64,000 bases of DNA. It comes from Auanema rhodensis (taxonomy: Eukaryota > Animalia > Nematoda). The position numbers and the translations under genes were made by a program. The notes beneath the pieces were generated by a model, which saw only the letters and a list, made by a program, of their open reading frames with translations, was not told the origin of the DNA and did no database searches. Where the stretch lies: positions 13,020,001 to 13,084,000 of the forward strand of contig OZ059898.1 of NCBI GenBank assembly GCA_964057225.1. Direction: 5' to 3'. This document shows positions 1 to 14,029 of the stretch, piece after piece; the stretch's first letter is position 1, and the number at the start of each line of letters is the position of its first letter.

Positions 1-3000
1 AGCCTGTTCCTTAGCTCATCCATACATGAAATCAGGAAATGGTCGCTCATCTTCATCCTCACACCTCTATCTATGTATATCCATGTACATACTACCTAGG
101 ACTTTGTCTGGTTGGCAACTTGAGGTTCTTCCAAGACACCAGGTTAAGAGAACAAATATGGGCCTATTGCGCAGTTCTACTAACCAAACTAAGCTTGTCT
201 TGATTCATTCTCCTTGTAATGTAATAAAAGCTTTCGCATTGATAGTAATTACCATTTAAGGGTCCATATTAATGGATGAAACTCGTTTCCCATTCAATCT
301 TTATGTAATAAGACTGCTAATCTCCCGTTTATCCACTGATGGACGGACCTTAACCTATAGGAGCTATAAGGTTCATAATACCTCTCACTTAAACTTCTTA
401 TTCGTTGTATTTTTTTTTTGAAATCCATGTTACTACTATTCCTATGCGATTCTTCTCATTCATGGGTGCTTCATGCTACAGCAAACTAGCTAATAGCTTT
501 TTACTAATATCTCCAAGTTCATTTTTTCAAAAATTGTTTCATAGTAGTTAATCAGCTGTATATTTTGTCTAAGCTAGTTACAACATTAGCAAAAACGTTT
601 TTAATGTTTAAAGCAACGCGTTATGAAGAAAAAAAGAGACTTTGAATCATCTTTTGACTGTATTCATACATGGTAATGTGTTCGAATTCATTGTTATGGC
701 GCTAATTCATGCCTCAATGCTAATGTACTTCGGTAGGCAACCGGAATACTTTATTCTCTTTATCCAGATTTTTTTTTGAATGAATCATAATTAGCAAAAA
801 AAATGTCTAGTATCCAGGCAATTCGATTTTAGGAAATTAGTTTTTAAATTACAAGTTCTTACTTCAAGCTGTCTACTAAGTGATAATGAAAGTTTCCAAC
901 TGTTTTTCCCGTTATTCAGCGTTCTATATCATCTATTTTTCTTTATCTACTTTTATCTTCACAGCTTTGTGTCATTTCTCTGAATTACTGCGGATGATGA
1001 CGTAATTATGAACTTTTTGAAAATTTTCTTCTGCCACTTGTTTACTCCTTTTGATATAATTTGAAATCGTTTGCAAAAAAAAAGAAGCAAAAAGAAAAAT
1101 TGTATCGTATTCTTTGTAAAAGATGCCAAAACAGCATTTCAAATATCACGAAACCACTTTGGAATGTTTTGTGAATTAAAAGATTTACCGGATAAGTTGC
1201 TTTTCGACAGTGTAATTAATCAGTTTATCACGCGGCTTATCAAATTCTCGCCAGTTTTGTCGTTTTAAATCCGATCATATTCAGTCCAGAAGCATACTGG
1301 CTAGAAGATTCAGAATCTTGTGTATCAGTCATACATGAAGCATCACAGAACATGTAAATACTACTGTCAAATAGTACTGGTCGCCTTTCTGAGGAAAGTT
1401 GCTTTTGTAGATGCCGACAATGTCTTTGGTGTCGTTCAATTTTCGGAGAAAAAAGTTTCTAAATCTATCTGTTAGAAAATCTTACGTTCGGATAAAAACG
1501 AGCAAAAAACAGCTAGGTGTTCGATTTTACAGATACCTGTGGGTCCCCATGGGTGGTCCATCTACTGTCACTTCTCATTTTCTTGACATTATCTCCTTCG
1601 AAATTATGGTTCATGACTAAAGTCGTGTTGAAGTTGACACCGAAATAATGCGATGTTTCATGATAAACTAGTCATTTCTTGTGTTAAATTCTAAAACAAC
1701 TTGATAAGAATGCCGTGAAAAGCGACAAAATAGTTACCAGTTTGTAAGCTAACATGACTGGTTCCCCGATTATTGAAGTAACTCACCTTACAGCTTTAAG
1801 CATAACTTTTAATTTAGAATAACAGATTTATAAAATGAAATTAATGATTCTCGTAGCAAATTCTTCAAATTGAATTTGTATTATAGTTTTCTATATTTGG
1901 CACTTGAAGTTCTTTCAAATAACATCGAATTCGATCACAATTTTGTATTTTATAAGACAAAAATTTTTGGAAGACTGTCTCTTGACCACATAGTTATAGA
2001 ATTGTTAGAGCAATATACCTGATTTCTCTTTTCATTTATTACTTTTCAAACCGATTATTCGTTGATCTAGCAAAACTGCCTGAAAAATTTAAAATTCACC
2101 CAATTCTCAGACTGTCAAATGTCAAGCAAAGACGAATTTGCACCGTTTTTCCTGTTCATTTCTATCGAAATGCCTTTTAATCCGTTAAATAGTTTGACTT
2201 GTGCCCAACAAGATGCTGCAAGATCCGCTGTCTTCTTCAATGAAATGGGCCAATCCAGACAAGTCCTTTAATCCCTTTGTCCCTTTCCCCTCATCCCTCT
2301 CCCTAAGGTACAAGAAAGCGAGAAGTCATGTTGTCGCATTCGCTGTACAGGCTCCAACTTAATACACTTTTCAACCTCAATTTAACTAGAAGAATCTTTT
2401 TATGGTCAGCTCGTTTTACTGGTGACGCCAAAACGATAAGGCTCAGAAATTTGGTCTAATATCTCCGCCTATCCGGCTGAGAGAATTGTATTTCTTAGAT
2501 TTAGTCAGCCTCCTTAGTACAGTTATATGGAGTTTGGGTTTTTCCTATGTTGTCTATTACCTTTTCTTCAGTTTCGATGATTTCTCAGTGTTACTCAACT
2601 ATTCGAAAAAGATTTATGATCATTTGATTTTCTCTTTTACCTGTTTCCTCAGACTATCATCTTTTCTCTTTCACTGTGTATATGTAGTGAAATCTCTTAT
2701 TAGCTTGTTGTATATGAAGAAAAAAAAAGGCGGTAAGCCTTTTATATAGCTTGAGTAAACCGTGCCATTTTCGATGATGATTTTCTAGTCTGTGTTAGTT
2801 GTCCAAACATCATGAATCCAACCAGAAGAGCTGCATATGTGGATGACAGATGGAGGAAGTTGACAAGCCCTAAATTGAGAGATATGATGATCGTAATGAT
2901 CATGATATGATGACTTGAAGAGTACCTGGTCAGAGGGATCGTCGTTGACTAAAATTCCACAACAACATGTCGAAACTCTAGCTTATCATCCTTAATCATT

Positions 3001-3339
3001 CCGCCTATCATCACAGTTTTCTCCTTTTTTCTCTCCTTCAGTTCATCTATGACTTCTTCTTTTTTCTTCTCATTCCTATCATTTCTTTTTCTAATAAATT
3101 CGCACCTTCTCTTAATCGCCGACTTGATATGTTGAATAGAAGGCTATGATCTCTTAGACCATTAGCCCCCCATATTATACCACCCTTTCAGCTAAGATAT
3201 AGGGGGGCTTAAAAGATAATATTTAGACAGGTGAACAGGTTCTTTCTAATATCTCATAATTAATGTGATCGTTACCCTCTCTCAAACATGTGCCAATTAT
3301 GAAATTTGTGAGACATTGAAACAATTCGAATATACACTC

Positions 3340-3342
<3 letters not shown>

Positions 3343-3430
<88 letters not shown>
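3343..3430. repeat. (CT)n microsatellite, about 44 units
   Basis: Pure CT dinucleotide run read directly; it generates the spurious LSLS/ERER ORFs. Confidence 0.97.
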
Positions 3431-3436
<6 letters not shown>

Positions 3437-6400
3437 CAAAAAACTTCCATGATGCCAAGTTATATAGTACTTCTATATAGCTTGAGTTCATAACTATGTA
3501 TTTATCATTACACCTTCTGTCTACTCTTCCAATATCATTCAATGCTTCATGTTAACAAGACATTTTAAGCTTGTGAATCTTCGACAAGTTACGAATGAAC
3601 AGTTGATTGGACTTGAATGCTAGAATTTGGCTTGAATGCTAATCGTAACTAACACTTGTACATCCATGTTTGGTGAACTTCAAATGTAAGATCAGATGTA
3701 CATATTTCAAACAAAACATTAACCAAAACGTTTGTTAGTTTTAAAAATATTTTTGAAAAATAATTCTTGTACTTGACAATCATTTTGATATTAAGAATTT
3801 TAAAAAATTCAGCGAGCACCCAACCTGCCCCCCTCTCCCTTCCATATCGCTTGTCTTAATTCAGAAATAAAAACAGAAAATAATAATAAAATCAGTGTGA
3901 ATAGTCTCGCTTTTCTTGAAATAACTCTATAATCCGTGTATGACGAAAATCTTGATTGATATATATTGAATAGAAGTTAGATAGAACAACAACAAGTTTT
4001 CCAGGTAAATTACATGGAAAGCTGACAAACGTCCAATGTATACATCATATCGAATATGTAATAAGAATTTTGTACTTCATTTAAATGAATTGATATAAGT
4101 GAATCTATCTGTATTAAATAAACAAAAGTGTTTATGAAAATATAACTTCATAATAATAATTATAATTCGAATAATAATTGTTTTTTAAATCTAAATTCAG
4201 TACATACCCTTATCAATAAGTACAATTATCGTATTTGTTTCAATAATATATTTAAATGATTCATATCATTAATATTAAATAGGAAAAAAAGGTTTTTTTT
4301 TTCGAAAACATCTCTCAAAATCTTTTTAATCATCTATACTTCGGGCGCGCGAACACGGATTAGTTCAATCGTTCAATACAGCACTTCTTAACTAGGATCA
4401 GTATTGTCGTTGATATTATTTTTCTTTTGACCACAATAACCCTCTTAAACTCTTGAAACTTTGTCCTTCAAGCTGGAATTGATAATTCATGGGGCCAAAT
4501 TGCAAAAGGTGATATGTCCTTAAGGAAGTTCTACGCGGGCCAGCAGGATCTGTGAAGGAATCTTCCGGTTATGCTGTTATATATGAGACTTGGTTCATTG
4601 GGGTCTTACCAAGAAGAGCTTCTATCATCTTGCCGTGGAAGGGATGACAATAGCTTTATCAATAGTACGACTAGCCTATCTACTATTCAGTTGAAGCTAT
4701 ATACAGATAAGCATAAGCTTCAAATGCTATGGAACACGATTCCCATACTGCGCTTGCTATTCTAAACCTATGCTTGTTTTCTGTTTTCTCAATCTTAACC
4801 ACAATATCTCTTTATCTCTTGCTTCTTTATCGTTTTTCTTTTCTGTATTCTATCCATTAATATGTCTATCATACATTTTGTATATCTACTCCACACATCA
4901 CCCCCTCTATCATCACTATCTCCCCCCCCCCTCCCCCCAAGGCACAAATTTCTCCTTATATCTCATCACATTTAATATCTTATTACGTAATCACTATTGT
5001 CCAATCATCCACAACAAACCATTAGTCAGTAGCAGTTTTTCTATTATCTCTCTCGCTGTCTCTCTCACTCTTTCTTTACTATTCTCTTCTAATCCACTAA
5101 GCAAGATGCCGCCCTTCTCGTCATTGACTTATGCTATTCCAAGTTCTAATAGCTTACATCAATTATCTTTCTGTGATTGTATGTCTGATTTGCTTTTTTT
5201 TCTCTCCGCCTGATGTACATAAGAGCTATGCATCGCCCTGCTTCACGTTGTTTTCCGTACACGTACGTGAAATTCATTTTGATCTTTGCACAAGCCATTA
5301 CCGGTTGTTCATTTCTGCTCATTAATTGCATTGTATTTTTTTAATCGTTATTCATTTTTATTTCCATAATCTCAATTCTAAACAGCCTGTAAAGCTTGAT
5401 ATATCATTTGTTTTTTCCAGACAGATGTGTACTAGCTAATACGGTAATGCAGTTAAACCTCTTTACTTGTGTATCATTCCAAATATATTTTCAACTTCAT
5501 ACATGTGGTATAGGCTACAAGTGCTACACATACATATATTATTTGAATATTAATATCAGACAGTAAACTAAGCATATAAGTATATTAAAAAGTACACTGC
5601 CACCTATATATATAGTTAAAAAAACTTCATTCTGGTAACATTAGAGTAAATGACCTGTTCGAGATGGTTATCCAGTTGCATGCCTATGTTCTTTTATTCT
5701 TTTCTTTGGTAATTACTAGTCACCCTTAGCCTCTTTCTTGCCAAATAGCCTTTCTCTCTTTCTCTCTCAGAAATTCTTTTTATTTCTAATTTAGTTTCAT
5801 TGCAATTACTTACAATTCTGATACTTTATCACGTATAAACATTTCATATTGGCTTTGTTCTTAACGTTTTTGAATTAACAATAGACTTAGTTGTGTCATT
5901 CACTTATAGACGACATCGTCTCTCAGAAAACACGAAATGAACTTGTGACTAACCAACTTTTAAGATTTTTTAAACTCTCTTGTTTTTCATCATTTCCTGC
6001 TTTTGGCTTCTTTTCGTCTTCTCTCATATGTCTCGTTCTTCTCAGTTTTCTGATGTCTTTATTGTTTTCTTGAACTATCTATCGAACTATTTGTTGTGCC
6101 AACTAAACAATTTGTCAACAAAGTACAAAAGCAGAAACATGCAAGTTAGCAAGCTTTATAGGGTAAACGGTCATATTAAAGAACGATCGGTTTGACCAGT
6201 CATGTCTTTCCTTTTTAAACTTAATTATTTTGACTTCTTTCTTTCATCTCGTTGCTGCATATCAATTTTTTTGGCCGCAAAGTCTAATTCAATGTTATTT
6301 CAATTTTCATTTCAATATCCTTTCTCTACTTTCTTGCCGTTTTTTTTTCGCAAAAAAATAAGCAAAAACGCTGAAAAAATATTCAATTCTTTACGCAGTT

Positions 6401-9004
6401 ATCACTACTAGATGCATATCTTCAAATCAAGTGACACCTCTCACAAAGCTTTTGCTGAATAAAGGGCAACTAAACCAATATAAACATCATCGTCTAATCA
6501 ATCTACACAGCCATCAGCATCACTACAATCTTCGTCAACGTCATTATCAGCATCATGATTCAAACAACCACGAGAGGAATAGAAGAGATGAAGCAGCAGA
6601 AATCAGCTGAAAACTCGCTTAGTGTCTCTCCTATTGCGGTGGTCTTATTACTCAGCTTTAATGCTTATACCATGATCAAAGATATCCAATACTAGTACTT
6701 CACCACTATTCTCTGCTAATCTATATCTTTCTTCTTTTTTATTTTACTTCTTTTCCATCTGTTTACCGCCCAACTTATCTCGTATCTTCATCAAATTATT
6801 TCAATTTACAACATCGTTTATCGAGCTAAATATAGCTTTCAATCCAGTCTGTCTGATAAGAAAATCCAAGCTTTCATATCTTAAAGCTCTTAACTGAGCA
6901 TTCGATCTCACTTGTGCTCAATTACACGATCTGAGCTTGTAACATAAAAAAAATGCTTATCTAAAAATCTGGATTATAATGTATTTTAGTTAAAATAAAA
7001 AGTAACAGAATCCGTGCTTAACTAGCATATCAACAGTTGATTTTCTGATTATTTCTTAACAAAAAAAAGGAAAAACATATAAAACTAGCAAATCGTATTG
7101 ATAAGCCATACAAAACTACACTCTGAGAAATTTAACTCCTTTCATTTCATCATTGAAAACTGTCAAAACTGTCTGTTCAATAAAGTTTTGACTAAGTTCA
7201 TGAAAAAGCTGAAAGTTCAATAAACGCAACTTTGAACTCTTATGAAGGTTGTTTGCTTCTCTTTTGCATCATTTTTTCTTATTATTCTTTTTTTCTTAAT
7301 GTTATATTGTTTTGTTTTCGAAACTGTTGACTGTTTTTATGCTTCTTTTCGTTTAGAATAACTTGTTTCTTGTGTATTAATGAATTACCTCTCTCTCTCT
7401 TTCTCTTTTTCTTTCTCTCTCTCTTCGCCCTGGAATCAGTTCATTTTACTTTAATAAACTCTTCATGTCCAGCTGTGCAACTTATTCCTCTTCTTCATTC
7501 ATTCTAATATTAGTCTAACCTTTGGTGGATGGTTCCGAAAATAGAAAACTGAGAGCCTAAAACTGCTGAAGATCACCATTCATTCTGTTTATTTCATATT
7601 TCTACGTTATAATTTTTTTAATCTTTTCTCATATCTTGTTGCTGTGGCTTTATTAACGTTTTTCTCAACTTTCGAAACCTAATCTAACTTACAGCTTGTT
7701 CTATTTCAAGCAATCCACTATGCATCGTTAATCGTTTTGTTTTTCTTGTTAACTATAATAGGATTTATTTCTCCGAAATTCATTATATACCTTGATGGAT
7801 CAGATGGCCCTTTTCAAATGAAATTACGTCTGAACAGGACGCCGATCCATCGTCAAATCCGTCGGAACCGGAACGGTCCTTACTATCTTTTCGATGCGAA
7901 CACCTCATCCACTTGTAACTGTTCGGAGTTTTCTGAAGAACATCTGCCTAAAAATGAATTTAATAGATACAAGCCTATATCTAAAGAATTCGAAAGAGAG
8001 AACAAGAATGATGATTTTCTCTCTCTCTCTCTCCCTCCCTCTATTCGTCTTTCACTTCGTCAATTTGCTTTACTACCTCAATTTTTTTCATTCGCATTTT
8101 CCCCTTTTCTATTATTTATCAACAAGCAATTCTAGAATATGCTGGGATTCAATTCCTCCAATCTGAGGAAAGCCGTTCCCTTTTTGTCATTTTCTCATCT
8201 CCAAGCTATATATGCATGTATAACGACAAAGACCAGAGGGGGAGAAAAGTAAAAAAACTGGCATGAAGGCTCTCTCTGCCTCATAATGTGATGATCAACG
8301 TCAATTAGTCATTCTTCATCCATTTTACATGATAGTTGTTAACCATCTAAATGAAATGATTTTATGGAACATTCAGATGAAAGATAGTCATTCACCTAAT
8401 GACTTAAAGCAGTTTCTCTCTCAGTTAGTGCTTTCCCCTCTCTCCTCGTACAATCCATTTGTACTCAATAATAATAACAACAATAATAATAATAATAATG
8501 AAAATACTAATAATTCATTAATAATCGCGATTTTTAAGTCATATGTCGTCTGAAGCTGCTATGTTCTAGTCCTTTGGTTGTTTTGACCTATTGCTTGTTT
8601 GTTAAATTTTATATTTGTCGTTGATAGTATGAACTATCATAAGGTCATATTATTTCATAAAACATTGCTATCAAGCTTTGTCCTATAGTGATTTTCATCA
8701 AAAACAAGCATGCTCTAGACTTTACATCTTAATCGTTTGAACTTAAACTTTGAAAATATTTAGCTGACTGATTAGTCCCTATTTCATCAAATTCATGTTT
8801 TGTCTATTCGTCGTTTTAAAAAAATTTTTCTCATATTTTTATGAAAATGTTTAATTATATGTTTGAATAATTCTTCTTTTAAACTAATTTTTAATTATTT
8901 AATTTATATTTTTCAGAACGTAAACTAAGTCAAAAGATATATATATATATATATATATATAGATAAATATATATATATACATATATATTTTTTTTTGTTT
9001 AAAA

Positions 9005-12000
9005 ATGGATTATTTCGTAATAGATACTTCAACTCCGGAAAGTCTTGAACGAGATTTCTATGCCTGGCTTAATGTAAGTCAATTATCCCCTTCCTTATGT
9101 TTCAACCACAAAAATATTTTAATTTAATCTAATTTTATTTTATTTTATTGTAAAAACAAAACACACACACATACACACATGCACACACATATACATACAT
9201 ATACATTCTTTTCGATATTTCAGAATAGCAGTGGGCCATATTATGATGAAACGGAATCACAGCAAAGCTCATCACTTCCACCTCTGCAAGACATAAAAAA
9301 TGCTGAAAATATTTATGAGAAACAGGACTTTGTATGTGAAACAAATATTATACAAATGATCATATTTATATTGTTTACAGTATATGCATATGTATAATTT
9401 CATGGATAGCTCCGTAGGTAGTTCTCCTTCCTCCCTTTCATCGTCGTCCCTGGATCCTCCAGAGTCGCGGCCTAATGAGAAAGATGTAGCTCGGAGTTCA
9501 GGCAAGCATATCTAAAATCTTCTTTTCCAGCAAAATCACATAGTGTTTAAGCTTGAATAGACTAATGTTCTTAGGCATTTTAGGAAGAAATCAATTGGGG
9601 CGCACATACAGTCCAGGACTTCCTCTATCTATGTATGAGCGAGAAGAGATTGTTAGATTATTCCAGGTAAAAAATGAAGCATAATTATAATAAGCAAAAC
9701 AGTTAGTCTGTTTTTCATTTTTTTTTTTGGGAAAAAAAGCTATTTTTGCTTATTTTTCATTTGTCGCCGACATATTTGTTTCTATCTTAAAGAAGATAAA
9801 TACATAAATGGATCTTGTATAATTACTAAAACAAATTGACGAATAAACTGCCAAAAACTAGCAATATATAATAAGATTATTCTTTATTTTATGTGTATAA
9901 TACTATATATTATAGAATGGATGGAAAATTTGCGATATCTCAAAACGGCTGTGTGTTACTCATAGTTGCGTCAGTAAAATATTAAATAGGTAATTTTGAG
10001 TTTTGTATTCTAGCTCATTATTAATATTGAAAATAAGAATGTTAAAAAGGTTCTTACCTGATTACTTTAATTGCTTTCGAAAATTAATGCAACCGGCTTT
10101 TGCTCAAATGAAAAAATGAATGAAAAGAACTAGTGGTATGTGACGGCAATTATATGCTAATTAAGATAAGTCAGTCAGCAAGCTGAAAGTTATTCGTAAA
10201 ATCTTGACATTTCACTTAGACAAATAGAAGCTGACTTTTCCGAAAATTTTATAATTATTTATTTTTTAATAAGTAAATTAATTAGTTTCATTAAAATAAC
10301 TAAATAAATATATGAATATTACAATCACATATATACCATTCCTCGCTAATAATCTTAAATATATATATATATATATATATTGAACAATTTCATATAGATT
10401 ATGCAACAATAACTATAATTGAATTATTATTTTTTTATACATAATAATTCTTGAAATAATTCAAATTTCACCACATAGCTTTACTATTTTTCTTTGCAAT
10501 TTGTGTTTTTATCTTCGCAAAGCTAAGCTGTTCCCATGGTTGATGACCATCTGTTCCTCCATAGAACCTTAGAATCAAATAACTAGAGAAAACGGTTTTA
10601 ATGTTTAGACTTTCACAGATTTCCGGTGTTTTTGCTCAAAAAATATTGACAATTTTACACTGCGAAAAGCTAAATTAATAATTATTGTTCTGTTTCAGAT
10701 ATCGACAGACAGGCTCTGTACGTCCTAAGGATGCAAAGGAAGGTCGAGCGGAGTCTCCACTTGTTATTGCTGTACGTGATTATAGGATGAGATTAGGTAA
10801 CATTTTAGAATGTTGTAAGAAATATCAAGTGAAAGCATGAGTAACCCTCGCGTAGCTTCATCGAGTTGTTCTCAAAAGTGTATTCGCGGTTTTTTCCGTC
10901 TTGATTTAGATGGTTATAATAGCTTATTTGTAGAAAAACCACTTAAAGACAAGAAAATATTAGACATAGTTGAAAAAAACAATTTATGAAACACTTTTCA
11001 ATTTGATGACGCGATTTTTCCAACAAAAAAACTTTTATTCCACAGAAATCGTTTTCTGTCCATCTATTCTCCTATGTTCCACTTCATGAGTGACACCAGA
11101 CGTTTTGATGAACTATCATCTTCTTTTGGAGCAAACGAAGAAGTTTGTTCCCCACCGGATATGCTCTAAAGAAAATGCCGGAATCTCCGGAATCCGTCCG
11201 ATTCTAATGATGGAATGACCGAGCATTCCATTCCATATTACTCTTCCATTCTAAACCGCTTCTGGCACTCTTGACGCTGAGCTGTTCTCAATGGCTGAAA
11301 AAATTCAAAAATAAGAAAGATCTTTTTAAAAATCGAAAAAAAATATTTTTTGGCCTCAATTGCCGCCTTATGTTAAATGTCTTTTAACGAATATGTAGAA
11401 TCTATTTTTACCATTAGGACGGAAACAAATTAGAAACTCGATCTAAAAGTATGATAAGTTGGTACTGAAATTAGAACTATCAACTTCAGTTTGGAGGTTT
11501 TCAAAATGAATATAAACGCATGAAGTGTATGTTTATCTATGGAGCTAATATCAAATCCTTTAATCGATTTCACACACTTCTGCTAGTCCTCTTCACCCTG
11601 GCATTCCGTTTTTATTGTCAAATGAAGAAGAGAAACAAAACCTAAATAAGGTCTGACGTTGTCTGTCTATCATCATTTAACCATTTTCATCCTATATTTA
11701 GAAAATAGTGAAAGACAGCAGGACGAGTCCTTTGAATTCTTGGTATTAATTTCCTTTTAAGACAAAAAAATTAGAAATCTTCAAAATTTGCCCCACAAGT
11801 ACATCTGCGCCAGGTGATGCTCATCATCCAATTTCCGCTTTGAAGGCTTTAAGGCCTCCAATAACTACTTTTGGCTATTTTTCTGAGTCAAGCCTTAGCA
11901 TCTATTAATGAAATTGGATAGCAAAAAGAGGAAAGGTCATATTCTATGAGGCTTATAGAAACTGGTTAAAATTCAAAAATATGATTTAATTGCTTAGAAT

Positions 12001-12461
12001 TCAATCAAATTTAGCTTTTATGTCGTTCTTTCTGCGAAAAATGTTTCTATAATGAATGCTCAGAACATCAGACAATTTCTTGATTGGGAATACTGCTTAA
12101 AACCTATAATTACAGGCATGACAAGACAAAGCGAAATTCGTGAACAATTGATTAGAGACGGCATCTGTACTAGAGAAACAGCACCAAGTCGATCGTCAAT
12201 TAATCAGTGAGTTAGAATTGAGTTTGGCAAGTAGCCAACACGATACAAATAGTGAAAGGCAAGCAGGCAATAGCTTGATGAACAGCAAAACTTGGATTCT
12301 TGCATTTTCATGTATTTAGCAATTAAATAATAGAGTTTTGCTCATTAAGTTACTATTCTGTTTGACCTGGAAGAGTACGTTATTCCCTCTAAAACTTACA
12401 ATATTTGCTTTTCAGCATTTTACGCACAAAGTTGGATATTAAACGCCGGAAGAGAGATTAA
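9005..12461 (+). CDS. Nematode NPAX-type paired-domain transcription factor (tentatively npax-1-like), 8 coding exons
   Basis: Spliced translation GRNQLGRTYSPGLPLSMYEREEIVRLFQ-NGWKICDISKRLCVTHSCVSKILNR-YRQTGSVRPK...EIREQLIRDGICTRETAPSRSSINHILRTK matches the paired box (PAI and RED subdomains). ATG at 9005, TAA at 12459-12461. No homeodomain. One GC-AG intron (9502-9574). Confidence 0.9.
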
Positions 12462-13357
12462 ATGACACGAATTCGGATACCCTTTGATGCCGTGTCATCA
12501 CTAACATTCACCATATTTGGATAGATTTGAACTTAATCGTTTAATAAGCAAAATGTCATCGGAGAAAAGGAGTACATGCTATTCTCTGCTCCGTTATTTC
12601 GTTTCGTTTTTTCTTCCCAGAGCAAATATTGTGTGGCTCAGCATTCAAGCCTTCGGAATACATCTCCTCCCTCTCTCTCTCTTTCTCTCTTTCTATATAT
12701 ATAGATAGATAGATCTTTCTCTCTTCTCTCCTTCTCTTTTATACACATACCCACACCCTCTCTATATATGTATATTTTTCTCGTTCGCTTTCATAAATGT
12801 GATTGAAATTGGCCCGGTCCATCATATCCTCCGGTATCTTATTCCATTTTTGTTTTAAATTTATATTTATCGTTCAAACCATTCTCAACCTTTGTACTTG
12901 GAGTGCATCGTCATCGTCAACATCATCAACATCATCATCATTCTGCGTCTTTTAGCTTCTTATAGATTAATATCTCAGCCAAAAAACCCAAACAACAGCT
13001 TAATAATTTATTCGAAACTTCGAATATCATTTACATATGTTTGTATATACTAAATACATATATCTACTTATTGTCACTATTTTTTGTTTTGTTGTGTCTT
13101 TCAACTGTATCCATCTATTCATGGAATTATTATAGCCCGAGCTGCGATCTCCAAAAATCTCATAACTACTATAGCATTTATTTATGTATTACTGACTTGA
13201 GATGAGCTCGGCTTAATAAAATGTTTTCTTTTTGTTGTTTTTTTTTGTGATCGGATATGTTTTATGAATAATTATGCACGTGTCGATTATGACCTTTTAC
13301 TAAATGCTGTTATTACAATACATCTTCTCAATGACGCCTGTAAAATCTGCCTAAAAA

Positions 13358-13588
13358 TTGGCGCGCTCTATTCGGAATGCGCCTCTTTAGCGCGAAACTG
13401 TATTATTTGAAAAAGTACAGTACAAGTTTGGCTTTCCTTCGGAATGTTTAATTTTTCTTTGAAATTCATGCTTTTCTCTGCTCGCTTTCTTCGATTTAAA
13501 CCAAATCAGAAAGACGCTAAGCAGATTTGTTCTTATAAATAATGAGAGCTAGACTGGGCAGAGTTGCGATGATGAGCAGAGACGCAGA
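13358..13588 (+). promoter_or_regulatory. Putative ags-3 upstream regulatory region: E2F-like sites, TATA-like box, AGAGACGCAGA motif
   Basis: TTGGCGCGC 13358-13366 and GCGCGAAA 13390-13397 (E2F/EFL-1-like), TATAAAT near 13534, AGAGACGCAGA 13578-13588 (resembles the motif associated with EOR-1 in C. elegans). Motif matches only. Confidence 0.35.
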
Positions 13589-14029
13589 CAACTTTAGTTA
13601 GGCTATGTGTGCTATTGGCCGTATTGCATATTCTTTTTTACATTTCTGCTCTTCAGCCTTATACATTTTCTATGTTACTCCTTTTTACACTTAAAAAAAA
13701 TAGTTTTATTCAATTCAATCGCTTATTTAAAGCTTGTCCTCATTGTATACCGCGTGGTGTGGAATTGATTTTCCTCTGCCCTCATTCCAGAACACTTGCT
13801 GTTCATTATTTCATTACGTTTTCTGCACTTTTTTGATATATCGACAGTATTCATTGGAAAATAGCATATTTTATATCTTATTTATATATTACGTGTTTTT
13901 ATCGGCATTTTAATATTTTGATAACAATAGAATTATCGTTGGTATTTGTTTAACTCCGTCCATCGTCTTGCGTTTTGTCTATTTTATTCAGTAATTTTAC
14001 TCAGTAATTTTACTTTTTTTTAGTCCGTA

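Noticed and set aside
3265-3542. ORFs with LSLSLS or RERERE runs (also 43874-44607 and 47855-48064)
   Set aside because: Translations of CT/GA microsatellites.
1-8900. Numerous short hydrophobic ORFs
   Set aside because: Phe/Leu/Ser bias follows from T-rich DNA; no coherent splice chain or recognisable motif.
13569-13660. C/D snoRNA starting at ATGATGA
   Set aside because: No CTGA box D within the expected distance.
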